Assembly: GCF_009914755.1 (NCBI RefSeq)
Contig: NC_060930.1
DNA length: 64,000 nucleotides
Strand: one strand, 5' to 3'
DNA from: the human T2T-CHM13v2.0 reference genome, Homo sapiens
Part shown: positions 14,545-32,506 of the stretch, one piece after another
Position numbering within the stretch: the first letter of the stretch is position 1
Layout of the letters: the number at the start of each line of letters is the position of its first letter
Made by a program: the position numbers and the translations under genes
The notes under the pieces: generated by a model
What the model was told of the DNA's origin: nothing
The model's input: the letters and a program-made list of their open reading frames with translations, nothing else
Database searches by the model: none

Positions 14545-14800
14545 ATAATTCCCAAACTTTAGGTTGCATCAAAATCATACAAAGAACTTGTAAAAATGCA
14601 GTTTGCCTGTAGTGGGGCCCATGTTCACTAATTGTCTGCATGCAGCTTGGGATTTGGCACTTTGAGAAACATGGGCCTATACAGAGACCAAAATTTTTCC
14701 TCCTTCCCAATTCCTGGATCCTGCACAATCTACATTAAAAAAATAATAACTCTTCCAATGATTCAGATGCAGCTGAGCTACAGAACTCATGATGAAAACA
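14545..14800. mobile_element. MER5-like hAT MITE
   Basis: cccaaactttaggttgcatcaaaatca at one end and tgattcagatgcagc...ctcatga at the other. Confidence 0.55.
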
Positions 14801-15044
14801 CCAGTCTACGTAGTTCCCTTATCTCCCTCTAGAATATCTCCCTAATCAGCTGTTGATAATTTTAAAGCTCAATTTTAAAGAAACAGAAATCCTTCTCCCC
14901 TAGGTGACAGAGAGTTGCGGGTGAGGAGAGCTGGTCATTTAGAAGGTGAAGAAAGAACAGCACAATGAATGTTAGAGCAATTGTAGCTATAACAGAAAAA
15001 AGAAGGGTGGATGGCTACAAATTCTGACTGCTTCACAATTTCTT

Positions 15045-15260
15045 CCAGGGCAAACTTTTTTTGTGAAGGGCAGGATAGTAGATTTTTTTTCCTTTGTGGG
15101 CCATATGGTCAGTGTTGCATCTACTCCATCTATTGTTGTAGTGTGAAAGCAGCTATAGACAATATATAAACAAGTAAGTATGACTGTGTTCCAATAAAAC
15201 TTTATGTATAAAAATGGGGGCTGGCCCACAGGGTGTGGGCCACAGTTTGTTGATGCCTGT
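15045..15260 (+). mobile_element. MER58-like hAT MITE
   Basis: ggcaaactttt...aagggc...ggccatatggtc...ccaataaaacttta...ggccacagtttg. Confidence 0.75.
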
Positions 15261-17329
15261 TGTAGAGTCAATATAATAAATATTTTTAAATAAAATTATA
15301 GAGGAAGAGGAGATGATAACTTTTTAGGTTCTAACAGCATTTTAAAAATTGTTATAAAAAACAGCTAGTAAGGGAAAATTTGACTAGCGTACTTACTGAA
15401 AGTGAACCCCCCTTTGTAGGTAAATGAGAGTGGCATATTAAAGCCACCTGGCCTTTCCTGTGGGCACACAGAAGGGGAAATAAATAGAAAAAGGGAAAAA
15501 TATGTTAATTTAAAAATAAACAGTTGATAAATGCTTTGGAAAGAATGAATAATAACCTGTAACTACAGGGTGTGATATGGAGATGCTGTGGAAAGAGCAA
15601 AGAATCTGTAGCCAAAAGACCTTTACTCATTATTCAAGTAAGTCCTAGGCACAACCTGTGGGCTGAGCACTGTGCTGGGCAGTGGGAAAACTGAGACCTG
15701 GCCCTTAGAGGGGTTAGAGTCCCATAGGGTACAGGCCCCTAGCCAGGTGGTTAAAACTGCATGTATAAGGGTAGTAGAGAGCCAGGGCAGGATGACTTGT
15801 CATAGCCTGGAGGTGCAAGAGGGCTTCCTGGAGGTGGTGGCACAGGCAGTGTCTTAAAGAATGAAGAGCAGTTGGCCAGATTTTTTTTTTTTAAAGAAAG
15901 GGGAGGGAGAAAAGGTATTATAAGAAGAGGCAAAAGCATGAGCCAAAAATATGAAGATAAGAAAGAGCAAAATAGTTAGCCCAAGCCTGGGGAGGGGAGA
16001 AGCCTTGGGCCAATGGGGCTGTGTATCCCACTGTAGGAGTATGGCATATCTGATTTACTTCCAAGTAGGACATAGTACCCCAGTATACCCAGTTCGTTTC
16101 CTTAACCCCTGCATACAACTCTGTAAGTAGTTCCTTCCTTAAAAAACCTCTTCAAAAATCCCAGCTGAGCATGCTACCTGTCTTCTGTTTTCCTCCTAGG
16201 ACCAAAATGTTTGGCTTGAGAATATGGGTAAGCACATCCTCCCTTCCCCCTTGAGCTATCAGTAAGAAAGTCACAGGTCACCAGTAACTTACCAAATAAA
16301 TCCCCACGTCTGTCCTCTTCAACCTCCCTCATATACCTTCAAGGTAGGTGGTGATGAGCTGAAGATAGCAAAATTGGTTTCAGCTTTTCCTGAAAGAGCT
16401 TATGATTTAGTTGGTGAGCTAGATATATAAGCTCCCTATCACAAGAAAGGATAAAGTAACTGCTCAACAGAGGAAGGTATAAGCAATGTACTGTGGTCCC
16501 TGGGAAAGAAGGTGGGGAGTTGTAGCTGGTGAGGTCCTGACCCCACCCAGGGAGTGGTGGAGATGATGTGTAGAGGTGTGTTTGAAGTGGAGCATGACAT
16601 CTGGAGTGGCCATCATCAGGGAAAGACAGAGTAGGATGCACACAGATGGGGCTAGAGAAAGGGCTTGGCGCTGTGCTGTACTTGAAGTATAAACGTTAAT
16701 GTGTCAGGGATGGGAAGGCATAGAAGGTTAACTGAATGGGTGGGGGATATCCAGGCAGTGCCAATGGCATGAAAAGTGATTGGAGAAGTTAAGAATGGAC
16801 ACAAAGAAACCAGTTGCAAGAATACAAGAGAGAAATTATTAAACGGAAAGACAGGTACACTTCACATCGGGAAAAGAAAGTCCCCAGAGTCCAGAGGGAG
16901 AACTGGCAAGAATAAATAAGCAATTCAGCTGTGGGAGACTAGGGGAAGGAATCTGAAATTAGGTGAAGCTTTCCCACTTAGACAACTGCAGATATCACTC
17001 ATTGAGGTAGAAAATATAGGAGGAAGAGCTAGGGAAATATAATGCGTGAAATTGGAGGCACATTTTATTAAAGGTGCTAATTGAGGCACCCTGGGGGTTT
17101 TGCTACTTACTAATGTTACAATCTGAGGCAAGTTGCTTAACCTTTCTCCTCCTGGGTTCTCTCATCTACAAAATGAGGACAACAATGTTACTACTTCATA
17201 GGGTTCTATGAAGATTAAACGGTAATGTAAGTAAAGATTTAGCACTAAGCCTGGCACAAAGTACTTGACACATGCCATCGTTGTTATCATAGGGTCATCT
17301 CTATAGAAATGGGAGTTTGGAGTTCAAGA

Positions 17330-17425
17330 GAGAAGCAGAGAGCCAGAAGTAGAGAGGTGGAAGCTCTCTGAGAAGCAGAGAGGTGGAAGCTCTCTTAGAA
17401 GCAGAGAGGTGGAAGCCCTCAGAGA
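17330..17425. repeat. Short minisatellite, about 24-25 bp unit (agaagcagagaggtggaagctctct), about 3.5 copies
   Basis: Direct inspection. Also visible as repeated peptide in ORFs 17301 and 17324. Confidence 0.85.
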
Positions 17426-17493
17426 AGGTAAGCAGGTTCTGAGAAGGACAGAAATCCTTTGGGGAGAGAGGGGAGTGGCATATAAGAAATGTA

Positions 17494-20400
17494 GCAAGAT
17501 GGCCAATTAGAAGCAGCTGCAGTTTGCGGAACTCATGGAGAGGAATGGAAGGGGCGAGTGGATACAGCACCTTCAACTGAAATATCTAGGTTGTTGCATT
17601 GGGACTGATCAGGGAAACAACTAGACCCATGAAGAATGAAGAAAAGGGTGACGGCTTACTCGGGAGCAACACAGAGCCAAGGGAATTCCCACCCCTAGCC
17701 AAAGGAAGCAACTTCACCAGTGATACCTCCAGGTATGGGAAGAACTGAGGCAACCAGGGTCTAGAGCAGACTCCCAGCAAACCACAGCAGACCTATGAAG
17801 AATAGTCAGGCTGTTAAAAGAAAAACAAACAAACAAACAGAAAATAACAACAAATCACAAAAACCCTATCCAAAGGTCAGCAACCTCAAAGACTGAAGGT
17901 AGATAAGCCCACAAAGATAAGAAAGAATCAACACAAAAATGCTAAAAACTCAAAAAGCCACAGTGCCCCTTTTCCTCCAATGACCACAACATCTCTCCAG
18001 CAAGGGCTCAGAACTGGGCTGAGGCTGAGATGGCTGAAATGACAGAAGTAGGCTTCAGAATGTGGATAATAATGAACTTTACTGAGTTAAAGAAGCATGT
18101 TGTAGTCCAATGCAAAGACACTAAGAATCATGACAAAATAATACAGGAGCTGACAGCCAAAATAGCCAATTTAGAGAGAGGAGCATAACCGACCTGTAAG
18201 AGCTGAAAAACATATTACAAGAACTTCATAATGCAATCACAAGTATTAATAGCAGAGTAGATCAAGTGTAGGAAAGAATCTCAGAGCTGGAAGACTAGCT
18301 TCTGGATTAAGACAGGCAGACAAGAATGGAGAAAAAAAGAATTAAAAGGAATGAATAAAATCTCCAAGAAATATGGGATTATGTGAAGTGACTGAATATC
18401 TGTGCCTGATTGATATACCTAAAAGAGACAGGGAGAATGGAACCAAGTTGGAAAAGACACTTCAGGAAATCATCCAGGAGAACTTCCCCAACCTAGCAAG
18501 ATGGGCCAACATTCAAATTCAGGAAATGAAGACAACCCCAGTAAGATACTCCATGAGAAGATCAACCCCAAGACACAAACTTCAGATTCTCCAAGGTTGA
18601 AATGAAAAAAGAAAAAAAATGTTAAGGGCAGCCAGATAGAAAGGCCAGGTCACCTACAAAGGGAAGCCCATCAGACTAACAGTGGATCTCTCAGTGGTAA
18701 CCCTACAAGCCGGAAGAGATTGTGGGCCAATACTCAACATTCTTAGAGAAAAGAATTTCCAAACCAGAATTTCATATTGACCAAACTAAGCTTCATAAGT
18801 GAAGGAGAAATAAGATCCTTTTTAGACAAGCAAATGCTGAGGGAATTTGGTACCACAAGACCTGCATTGCAAGAGCTCCTGAAGGAAGCACTAAATATGG
18901 AAAGGAAAAACCATTACCAGCCACTAAAAAAAACACACACACACTGAAGTACACAGACCAGTGACACTATGAAGCAATCACATAAACAAGTCTGCGAAAT
19001 AAACAGCTAGCATCATGATGACAGGATCAAATCCACACATAACAATACTAACCTTAAGTGCAAATGGGCTAAATGCCCCAATTAAAAGACATGGAATGGC
19101 AAGCAGGATAAAAAACCTAGACCCATTGTTATGCTGTCTTCAAGAGACCTGCCTCACATGCAAAGACACATGCAGGCTCAAAATAAAGGGATGGAGGAAA
19201 ATTTACCAAGCAAATGGAAAACAGAAAAAAAGCAGGGTTGCAATCATTGTTTCTTACAAGACAGACTTTAAACCAACAAAGATCAAAAGAGACAAAGAAG
19301 GGCATTACGTAATGGTTAAAGGTTCAATTCAACAAGAAGATCCAACTATACTAAATATATATGCACTCAATACAGGAGCACCTAAATTCATAAAGCAAGT
19401 TCTTAGAGACCTACCAAGAGACTTGGGCTTCACACAATAGTAGGGGGAGACTGTAACACCCCGCTGACAATATTAGATCATTGAGACAGAAAATTAACAA
19501 AGATATTCAGGACCTCAACTCAGCTCTGGATCTAGTGGACCTGATAGATATCTACAGAACTCTCCTCCCCAAAACAACAGAATATACATTCTTCTAATTG
19601 CCACACAGCACTTACTCTAAAATTGATCACATAAATTAGAAGTAAAACACTCCTCAGCAAATGCAACAAAACTGAAATAATAACAAACCATCTCTCAGAC
19701 CACAGCACAATCAAATTAGAACTCAAGATTAAGAAATTTACTCCAAATCACACAACTACATGGAAATTGAACAACCTGCTCCTGAATAACTCTTGGGTAA
19801 ATAATGAAATTAAGGCAGAGATCAAGAAGTTCTTTGAAACTAATGAGAACAAAGATACAACGTACCACAATCTCTAGGATGCAGCTAAAGCTGTGTTACG
19901 AGAGAAATTTGTAGCACTAAATGCCCACATCAAAAAGCTAGAAAGATCTCAAGTTAACAACCTGAGATCACAACTAAGAGCAAACAAACCTCAAAGTTAT
20001 CAGAAGATAAGAAATAACCAATATCAGAGCTGAACTGAAGGAGACAGAAACACGAAAACCCCTTCAAAAAAAAATCAACAAATCCAGGAGCTGGTTTTTT
20101 GAAAAAATTAATAAAAATAGACAACTAAGCTAGAACAATAAAGAAGAAAAGAGAGAAGATTCAAATAAACATAATCAGAAATGATAAGGGGGATATCACC
20201 ACTGACCCCACAGAAATATAAACTACCATCAGAGAATATAATGAACACATCTATGGACATAAACTGGAAAATCCAGAAGAATTGGATAAATTCCTGAATA
20301 CATACACCCTCTTAAGACTGAACCAGGAAGATAATGAATCCCTGATTAGACCAATAACAAGTTCTGCAACAGAGGCAGTAATAGCCTACCAACCAACCAG

Positions 20401-23089
20401 AAAAAAAAAAAAAAAGAAAAAAGAAAAAAGAAAAAGCCCAGGACCAGAAAGATTCATAACTGAATTCTCCTAGAGGTACAAAGAAGAGCAGGTGCCATTC
20501 CCACTGAAACTATTCCAAAAAGTTGAAAAGGAGGGACTCCTTCCTAACTCATTTTATGAGGCCAGCATCATCCTGATGCCAAAACCTGGCAGAGATACAA
20601 CAAAAAAAGAAAACTTCAGGCCAATATCCTTGATGAACATTAATGAAAAAATCCTCAACAAAATAATGGCAAACTGAATCTGGCAGCACATCAAAAACCT
20701 TATCCACCATGATCAAGTAGGCTTCATCCCCAGGATGCAAGGCTGATTCAACAAACACAAATCAATAAATGTGATTCATCAAATAAACAGAACTAAAGAC
20801 AAAAATCATACGATTATCTCAATCGAAGCAGAAAAAACATTCAATAAAATTCAATATCCCTTCATGTTAAAAACTCTCAATAAACTATGTATTGAACCTC
20901 AAAATAATAAGAGCCATATATGACAGACCCACAGACAATATCATGTTGAATTGGCAAAAGCTGGAAGCATTCCCCTTGAAAACTGGCACAAGAGAAGGAT
21001 GTCCTCTGTCACCACTCCTATTCAACATAGTATTGGAAATCCTGGCCAGGGCAATCAGGCAAGATAAATAAGTAAAGGATATTCAAATAGGAAGAGAAGA
21101 AGTCAAACTATCTTTCTTTGCAGATGACATGATCCTATATCTGGAAAACCCTATCATCTTAGCCTAAAAGCTTCTTAAGCTGGTAAGCAACTTCAGCAAA
21201 GTCTCAGGATAGAAAATCAATGTCCAAAAATTGCTAGTATTCCTATATACCAACAACAGGCAAGCTGAGAGCCAAATCATAAATGAACTTCTATTCACAA
21301 TTGCCACAAAAAGAATAAAATACCTAGAAATACAGCTTACAAGGGAAGTGAAGGACCTCTTTGAGGAGAACTACAAACCACTGATCAAAGAAATCAGTCA
21401 TGATACAGACAAATGGAAAAACATTCCATGCTCACAGATAGGAAGAATCAATATTGTGAAAATGGCCATACTGCCCAAAGCAATTTATAGATTCAATGGT
21501 ATTCCCATTAAACTACCATTTACATTTTTCACAGAATTAGAAAACACTATTTTAAAATTCATATGGAACCAAAACAGAGCCTGAATAGCCAAGACAATCC
21601 TAAGCAAAAAGAACAAAGCTAGAGGCATCATGCTGCCAGACTTCAAACTACACTACAAGGCTACAGTAACCAAAACAGCATGATACTGGTACAAGAACAG
21701 ACACATAGACCAATGAAACAGAATAGAGAACCCAGAAATAAGACTGCATACCTATAACCATCTGATCTTCAATAAATCTGACAAAAACAAGGAATGGCAA
21801 AAGGAATCCCTACTTAATAAATGGTGCTGGAATCACTGGCTAGCCATGTGCAGAAAATTGAAACTGGACCCACTCCTTACACCACATACAAAAATCAACT
21901 CAAGATGGATTAAAGACTTAAATGTAAAACCCCAGAACTATAAAAACCCTATAAGAAAACCTAGGCAATACCATTCAGGACATAGGCATTGGTAAAGATT
22001 TCATGATGAACACTCCTAAAGCAATTGCAACAAAAGCAAAAATTGACAAATGGGGTCTAATTAAACTAAACAGCTTCTGCACAGCAAAAGAAACTATCAT
22101 CAGAGTAAACAGACAACCTACAGAATGGGAGAGAATTTTTGCAATCTATCCATCTGACAAAGGTCTAATATTCAGCATCTACAAGGAACTTAAACAAATT
22201 TAGAAGAAAACAACCAAACAACCCCATTAAACAGTGGGCAAAGGACATGAACAGACACTTCTCAAAAGAAGACATACATGAGGCCAACAAACATATGAAA
22301 AAAAGCTTAACATCAATGATTATTAGAGAAATGCAGATCAAAACCACAAGGAGACACCATCTTACACCAGTCAGAATGGCTGTTATCAAAAAGCCAAAAA
22401 ACAACAGATGCTGGCAAGGTTGTGGACAAAGAGGAATGCTTTTACACGGTTGGTGGGAGTGTAAATTAGTTCACCCATTGTGGAAGACAGTGTAGCAATT
22501 CCTCAAAGACCTAGAGGTAGAAATACCATTTGATCCAGCAATCCCATTACTGGGTATATACCCAAAGGAATATAAATCATTATATTGTAAAGATACATGC
22601 ATGCATATGTTCACTGCAGCACTATTCACAATAGCAAAGACATGGAATCAACTTAATGCTCACCAATGATAGACTGGATAAAGAAAATATGGCACATATA
22701 CACCATGGAATACTATGCAGCCATAAAAAGGAATGAGGTCATATCCTTTGCAGGGACATGGATGGAGCTGTAAGCCATTATCCTCAGCAAACTAACACAG
22801 GAACAGAAAATCAAATACCTCATGTTCTGACTTACACTTTCAAGTGGGAGCTGAACAATGAGGACACATGGATGCAGGGAGGGGAACAACACACACCGGG
22901 GCCTGTTGGGGGTTGGGCACGAGGGGAGGGAGAGCATCATGACAAATTGCTAATACATGCAGGGCCTAAAACCTAGGTGACAGATTGATAGCTGCAGGAA
23001 ATCACCATGGCACACTTATGTAATAAACCTGCATATCCTGCACATGTATCCCTGAACTTTAAATAAAAGTTGGAAAGTAAAAAAAAACC
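17494..23089 (+). mobile_element. Old near-full-length L1 (about L1PA10-13), with a shortened 5'UTR of about 423 nt
   Basis: 5' GCAAGATGGCC, degenerate ORF1 (start mutated to ATA at 17917), ORF2 remnants from 19015, old-type 3'UTR and A-tail. TSD core aaatgta at 17487-17493 and 23090-23096. Confidence 0.92.
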
Positions 23090-23900
23090 AAATGTATATT
23101 TGGTCTCTGCCCCTGGTTCCTGACACAGAGCTCCTAAAACCCTCGGAATTTCCTGAGTGATAAGGATGCTAGGAACATCTTTTGTTCTAATATTTTATTT
23201 TTGACCCCAGTTCCTGATACAGAGCTCCTAAATCCCTTGGAATTTCCTGGGTGACAGGTGTATCTTTCATTCTAATGAGGTGACTCTTGGTGGGCTTCTG
23301 GATCACTTCAGGATAGGAACTGGCCACCAGAAAGAGCAGGCCATGATTAGAGGGTTGAAACTTTCAGACCACTACCCTCATCTTCACAGGAAGGGGAGAA
23401 GGGCTTAGAGATTGAGTTAAGAGCTTCTGGGCTGGTGAATATATCAAGGTGCTGGGAGGGCAGTGTGCAGAGGGAGGGCCTGGAAACTCCAGGCCATCCC
23501 CATGCCTTGCCCTGTGCCTCTCTTCCACTTGGCTATTCCTGAATTGTATCTTTATAATAAACCATTAAATGTAAGTGAAGTAACTTCTTGAGTTCTGTGA
23601 GCCATTCTAACAAATTATTGAACCTGAGGAAAGGTTCATGGGAATTTGTGATTTATAGAAGGTTAATTAATCAAGTCACAAGTACAAGTGGCAACCTGGG
23701 ACTTGTGACTGGCATCAGAAGTGGTGGCAGTGTTGTGGGACTGAGCCCTTTAACTTGTGAGATCTGATGATTACTCCAGGTAGACAGTGTCAGAATTGAA
23801 TTAAATGTAGGATGCTCAGATGGTGCCCAGAGAACTGGAGAATTGCTAGGAATGGAAAAATCCCACATATTTGGGGGTTAGAAGTGTTGTATGAGTACAG
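23090..23900 (+). mobile_element. MER21-like ERV LTR, interrupted at its 5' end by the L1 above
   Basis: aaatgtatatttggtctctgcccctggttcctgacacagagctcctaaaac matches the recalled MER21 start. The first bases (tggcatataagaaatgta) lie upstream of the L1 at about 17476-17493. Confidence 0.75.
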
Positions 23901-24164
23901 AAAAACAGTTTTTTTCTTTTAGGATAGAAGGAGATGACAAAATATTTGGGAGCCAAGGATTTGTGGAGCTGTTGCAGGCAGATGCAGAAGGTCCTGACCT
24001 TCCTAATAGGCCTAATCTGGTAATTTTTTTTGGAGGCCCTTGGTGGGCTGTTCCTCCATCACATGGGACATATGCAACCTGGGGGAGGGCGGTATACGTT
24101 TTTTCCCCACAAGGCCATAACCTACCATATAACTGCTTGATTCTGTCACAGGAAGCTTATCTCC

Positions 24165-24630
24165 TTTCCTTTCCTTTCCTTTCCCCTTCCTTCCTTCCTT
24201 CCTTCCTTCCTTCCTTCCTTCCTTCCTTCCTTCCTTCCTTCCTTCCTACCTTCCTTCCTTCCTCCCTCCCTCCCTGCCTCCCTTCCTTCCCTCCTTCCTT
24301 CCTTCCATCACACTGGGTGTACGTAACCTGGGGGATGCCTATATATAATATTATTTCCCTAAAAGGCCATCTCCTACCACTTGACCACTTGATTCTGTCA
24401 CAGGAAACTCTTCTTTTTCTTTCTATTCTCTTTCTTTCTTTCCTTTCTCTCTCTCTCTCCTCCTTCCTTCCTTTCCCTCTTTCTTTCCTCCTACTCCCCT
24501 CCCCCCACCCCTTCCCCTTCCTCCTCCTCCTCCTCCTCTTCCTCCCTCACAACCCCATATCCCTCTCCCTTCCCCTCCCTCTTCTCTTTTTTCTTTCTTC
24601 TTCTGTCCTCTTCCTCTGCTTTTCTTTTTT
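24165..24630. repeat. (CCTT)n and CT-rich low-complexity tracts
   Basis: 24165-24305 is (CCTT)n and 24410-24630 is polypyrimidine. Confidence 0.95.
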
Positions 24631-24791
24631 TTGTTGTTGTGCAGCTAGGTATCATGAAAACCCTCATAGTTCTAATAAAAATTGGAGCAAAGTTCACAAA
24701 GTGTGGTCCATGTGTTAGCAATGCATGGTCCCAGGTATCACCCACAAAGATTCTAACAGGGGAGTTCTACGTGCATTAAAATTTGATAATC

Positions 24792-28664
<3,873 letters not shown>

Positions 28665-29959
28665 AAAAATTGATAACCGATGGACTACAGGGAATGGTTC
28701 CAGAGGCTGCCGGTATAAAGAATCAGAAATAAAAGAACCTTTGCCTCTGCCAAGAGACTGAAGGGTAGTGGTGATGTTTTGAAACAATATTTTTTTAAAC
28801 TATATTATTTTCTTTTGTCCTGTGATTCTTTTTTGTTATCTAATATAAGAATTTGTGCATGTTTTAATTGCTGTCCTTTGGACATCTTCTGGAGATGCTG
28901 GTGGCCCCTAAAGAAGGGAGGTATTTCCGGGTTTTCTGAAAGTTGTCAGTTAACTCTCTTCTCCAGTCCTGTAAGATCTGGAGTCTCCAAGGCCTCCCAC
29001 CTGCAGCCCATACCTGTCTTGACCATGGTAGGCTGCACATCATAGCCTTGGCTGCTTAGGTCTGAGGCTAGTCTTGCTCCTCCCAAGTCAGGGTTCTTAA
29101 ATTCCCAGCAGTGAGCCTAGGCTTGTGTGTCTCTCTGTCACAGTCTTTCCCTTACTCCCTCTATGCTGGCACAGGTTATGTTTGAGAGTTTTCCCCCAGT
29201 TTCTTTGCTAATTGCTTTCATTTCCCATCAGAATACAGGCCCACCCTAAGCTTCAGTCACCTTGGCTGCGTCCCTGACATCTATCCTGGCTCCTGCAGAT
29301 CCTTTCAACCAGAGGCCTAGATTCTCTTTCTTGCACCTCTAGCCACAGACTATGGTCTTATTGCAAATTGACTGATTATGAGGATCTATATGAATTCGAA
29401 TGCTCCCTTTCTGACTTTGAGTTTTGCTTGCCTTCTGGAAAGAAATCCACTAAAACTTGGTACCATGAGCCAGGCACGTCTATATGTGTGTTACCCCTGC
29501 CTCCAATTAGCTCCTCAATAACCCAAAGAGGAAAGTACCATCTTCAGTTTTTATGTGAATAAGGGAAGTAGGGCTCAGAGATGTTAAATAATTTGCCCAA
29601 AATCACACAGCTATTGAGGGGATACAGATGATTCTAACCCAGGTCTTCATGACTACAAACTTCATGTTTGTTGTTCTGTTCATAATACCTGGCCTTCTGC
29701 TAGTGTTCCCATCTGAGTTTGCCATGACATTTGAGATCCTACAGCAAATGGTCTGACTGCTCTTCTGGGCTAGCTAGCCTGCAGCTAGGTTAGTTTCTCC
29801 CAGCACCTGTGGCATCTGCATCAGCTTCCTCCTTTTCCTCCTCCCTAGTGGACCCCCACGTGCCTAAGCCTGCCTAAGTCATGCAAGTAGGAGGTAATGG
29901 CAGGCTGATTACTTCTACATGCTCAGTCCCCACTCACCACAATCCACAATATGTTGAGA

Positions 29960-30772
29960 CATTGTTACCTTGAAGCAAAGGAAGTTTAAGCATCAGGGCC
30001 CCTTACTTTCATGGGCCCCTGAGAGGGTCTTAGTAGTATGGGCACATGGTAAATTAGGTATAATCACAATTAGTCAAAACCTCTGGATCTTCCCACTCAG
30101 ACTTCCCTCTCCATCACGTTTCCATCTAGTCTGGAAGTGTGGAGTGCTGAGTCACCATGGGCATTTTTAGGATCTGGCTAAGGGGAGCATTTAATCTGGG
30201 CTTGGGGTGATATATTTGTGTAGTTCTTAGTTGCTTCTGTTCATGCTTAAGTCACTGCTAGTGGTACAATTTCCACCCACTGTGCCTTCTCCCCTGGCAT
30301 TGCAACATGCCAGGTCTAGAGGTCTGTTATGATATGAACACACCTTATGGCACCCAGTACTCTAGGATTCTGGTACTGGAATAATAACAAGGTTTGAATG
30401 TGTGGGTTTCTAAACAACTTTTGGCCAACCACACTAGAAAATTTGAGCAATCTTTCTATCCTCTCTATGGAAAATAATATTACAAAAAAAGTTTTTACAT
30501 AAAGTGGTGATCAAAGATTTGGCAACAAAAAATGTTGAGATAAAGTGTTATAGAGATGTATCAAGCAGTTAATTAAATCTTTTTCTGGATTTGGTTATTT
30601 GTTAGCTTTTTACAATTTGTAATTTGCTGTGATTGATTTCTTTTTTCACTATTTTCATTATTTACATAAGAACCCCAATTTCATACCTACTTTTGAATTC
30701 ATAATTGTATATTATTTTTCTTAAAAGGGGATCCCCAAATTGCAGTCCCCACAAGATCGGATCTTCCCCTGA
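29960..30772 (+). mobile_element. hAT-Tip100 (Zaphod-like) DNA transposon remnant
   Basis: About 30440-30490 translates NLSNLSILSMENNITK, resembling the hAT C-terminal dimerisation region. Ends with ccccacaagatcggatcttcccctg. Confidence 0.6.
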
Positions 30773-32506
30773 CAGTGACATTTATAAAATGTCTAGATCT
30801 AGGCATGTGACTTGTGAAAAGTCGAAGATTTTAAGAACAGCTTTATTGTTATTAGTGTTTTTCTCTTTCCTTTGGGAAATTAAATGGCTCAAATAAAGAA
30901 CAATCTCTGTCCTTTACCTCCCTGGTACCAGCTGTAATCTAGCAGTGCCCATCCAGCGTCCATCAGCATTTAAGCAGAAAGGAGGACATGTGAGATCGAA
31001 ACGGTCAGAAAAACCTCTTTAATGTAGGGCACAGAATTGGAAAATAATGCAAATGAGTTCTCTCAATGTCTATTAGTTACATACATACATGTACATAAAA
31101 TGTGTAAGATTTAGTTTTTGCATTCTGGGGAATAACCTTGCAATACAAAGACATAAAATTACTCAAACTTTAGTATGCCCACTAATATTTTCTTTGCTGA
31201 CAAACATATATAGAAGCTGTATGTAACAGTCATATAGGGAAAAAAGATGTAATGACATCTTTAATTATCTCATTTATAAAACTACTTGGATGAAATTTCC
31301 AAAAGTAATCGTTCAAACTCAAGGCTTTTTTTCCCCCCCGGGGATGATTTTCTCTACTATTTGGTTTAAGTGTTTTCAGGTTAAATGAATGGATGGACAA
31401 ATGGAAAATAATATAACACTTGTTTGTGGATCAAAATTTGATTAATGATAGAAAGACCAGCATTGTTTTCACTGATGATTAAAGTGAACAAACCAAAGGA
31501 AAGCTTAAGTAATGTGTTTTTACATTAAATTGTGATGAAGTAGACCTATAATAAAATTAATGCTCTGAAACCTCAACTGGAAAAAGAAAATTATGAAACC
31601 TACTAATTTTTCAAACTATATGAAAAACCTTTTATATATAATGCACATTAAATTCATGTGGATCAGAATGAGGTAAGGAAAACATTTCAATTATGAGGAC
31701 TGGATTTCATCCCATTCTTGAAGATCTTCTTGTAAGCCTCATTCTGTTTGTTCAGACAGAAAGGCTTTTTCACATTTTTATCAAACCTGAATGTCTAGAA
31801 ACAGGAATGTAGGCTTTCACAGTTCAGGAGGATTTAAAAAGAGAACTAGATAACAAAGATCATGAATAGGAACCATATCGGAAAGCGAGAAATAGGAGTT
31901 GACACCAAAACGGACCTTTCCCTGGCATTTGATCTGTACCCACATGAACTTGGCCCACTCTGTGCCCTCTCCTTGGGCGCAATCATCTTTGCGTGCTGTT
32001 GTGGTCCAGATGTATTCCTCCCGGCTTACAGCCACCCCTTCACAAGTCCCCTGACCACAACTCTTTTCCATTTCTACTCTCCTTGTCACCACTCCTATTT
32101 TGATTCTTATCATTAAAACTTTCATGCACTATCCTAATAGAAAAAGCCATCTCAAACACTTCTCTTATATAGTATGTCTGGTGTGACAACCCGGAATACG
32201 ACTAACATGTCATCACAAAGCCACATAGGAGATGTGGTTTCTCCACCCCTCCCACTGTGAGAGGGAAGGAAAAGCTGCCAGGGGTCCCTTTCCCCTGCTG
32301 ACTGACTCTGGAGAAATACTCAGCAGAACAGAGGAAGGCTAGGTCAAATTCCAAGACAATAATTCCAGCAGTAGGAGAATATCTAAATCGACTGTGAGAT
32401 ATCATACTTATGCGTTATTAAAATCACTGAGATGGATCTATATGTATGAAAATGGATAAATCTCCAAGACATATTGAGTGTAGGAAAAAAAGTAATTTCA
32501 GAATAA

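Noticed and set aside
17330-17425. Short direct repeats resembling a CRISPR array
   Set aside because: The units are contiguous with no unique spacers, and the context is a eukaryotic intron.
23891-24718. 275-aa ORF, the longest non-L1 ORF
   Set aside because: It is open because it crosses stop-free (CCTT)n and CT-rich tracts (LPSF repeats). There is no domain or splice context.
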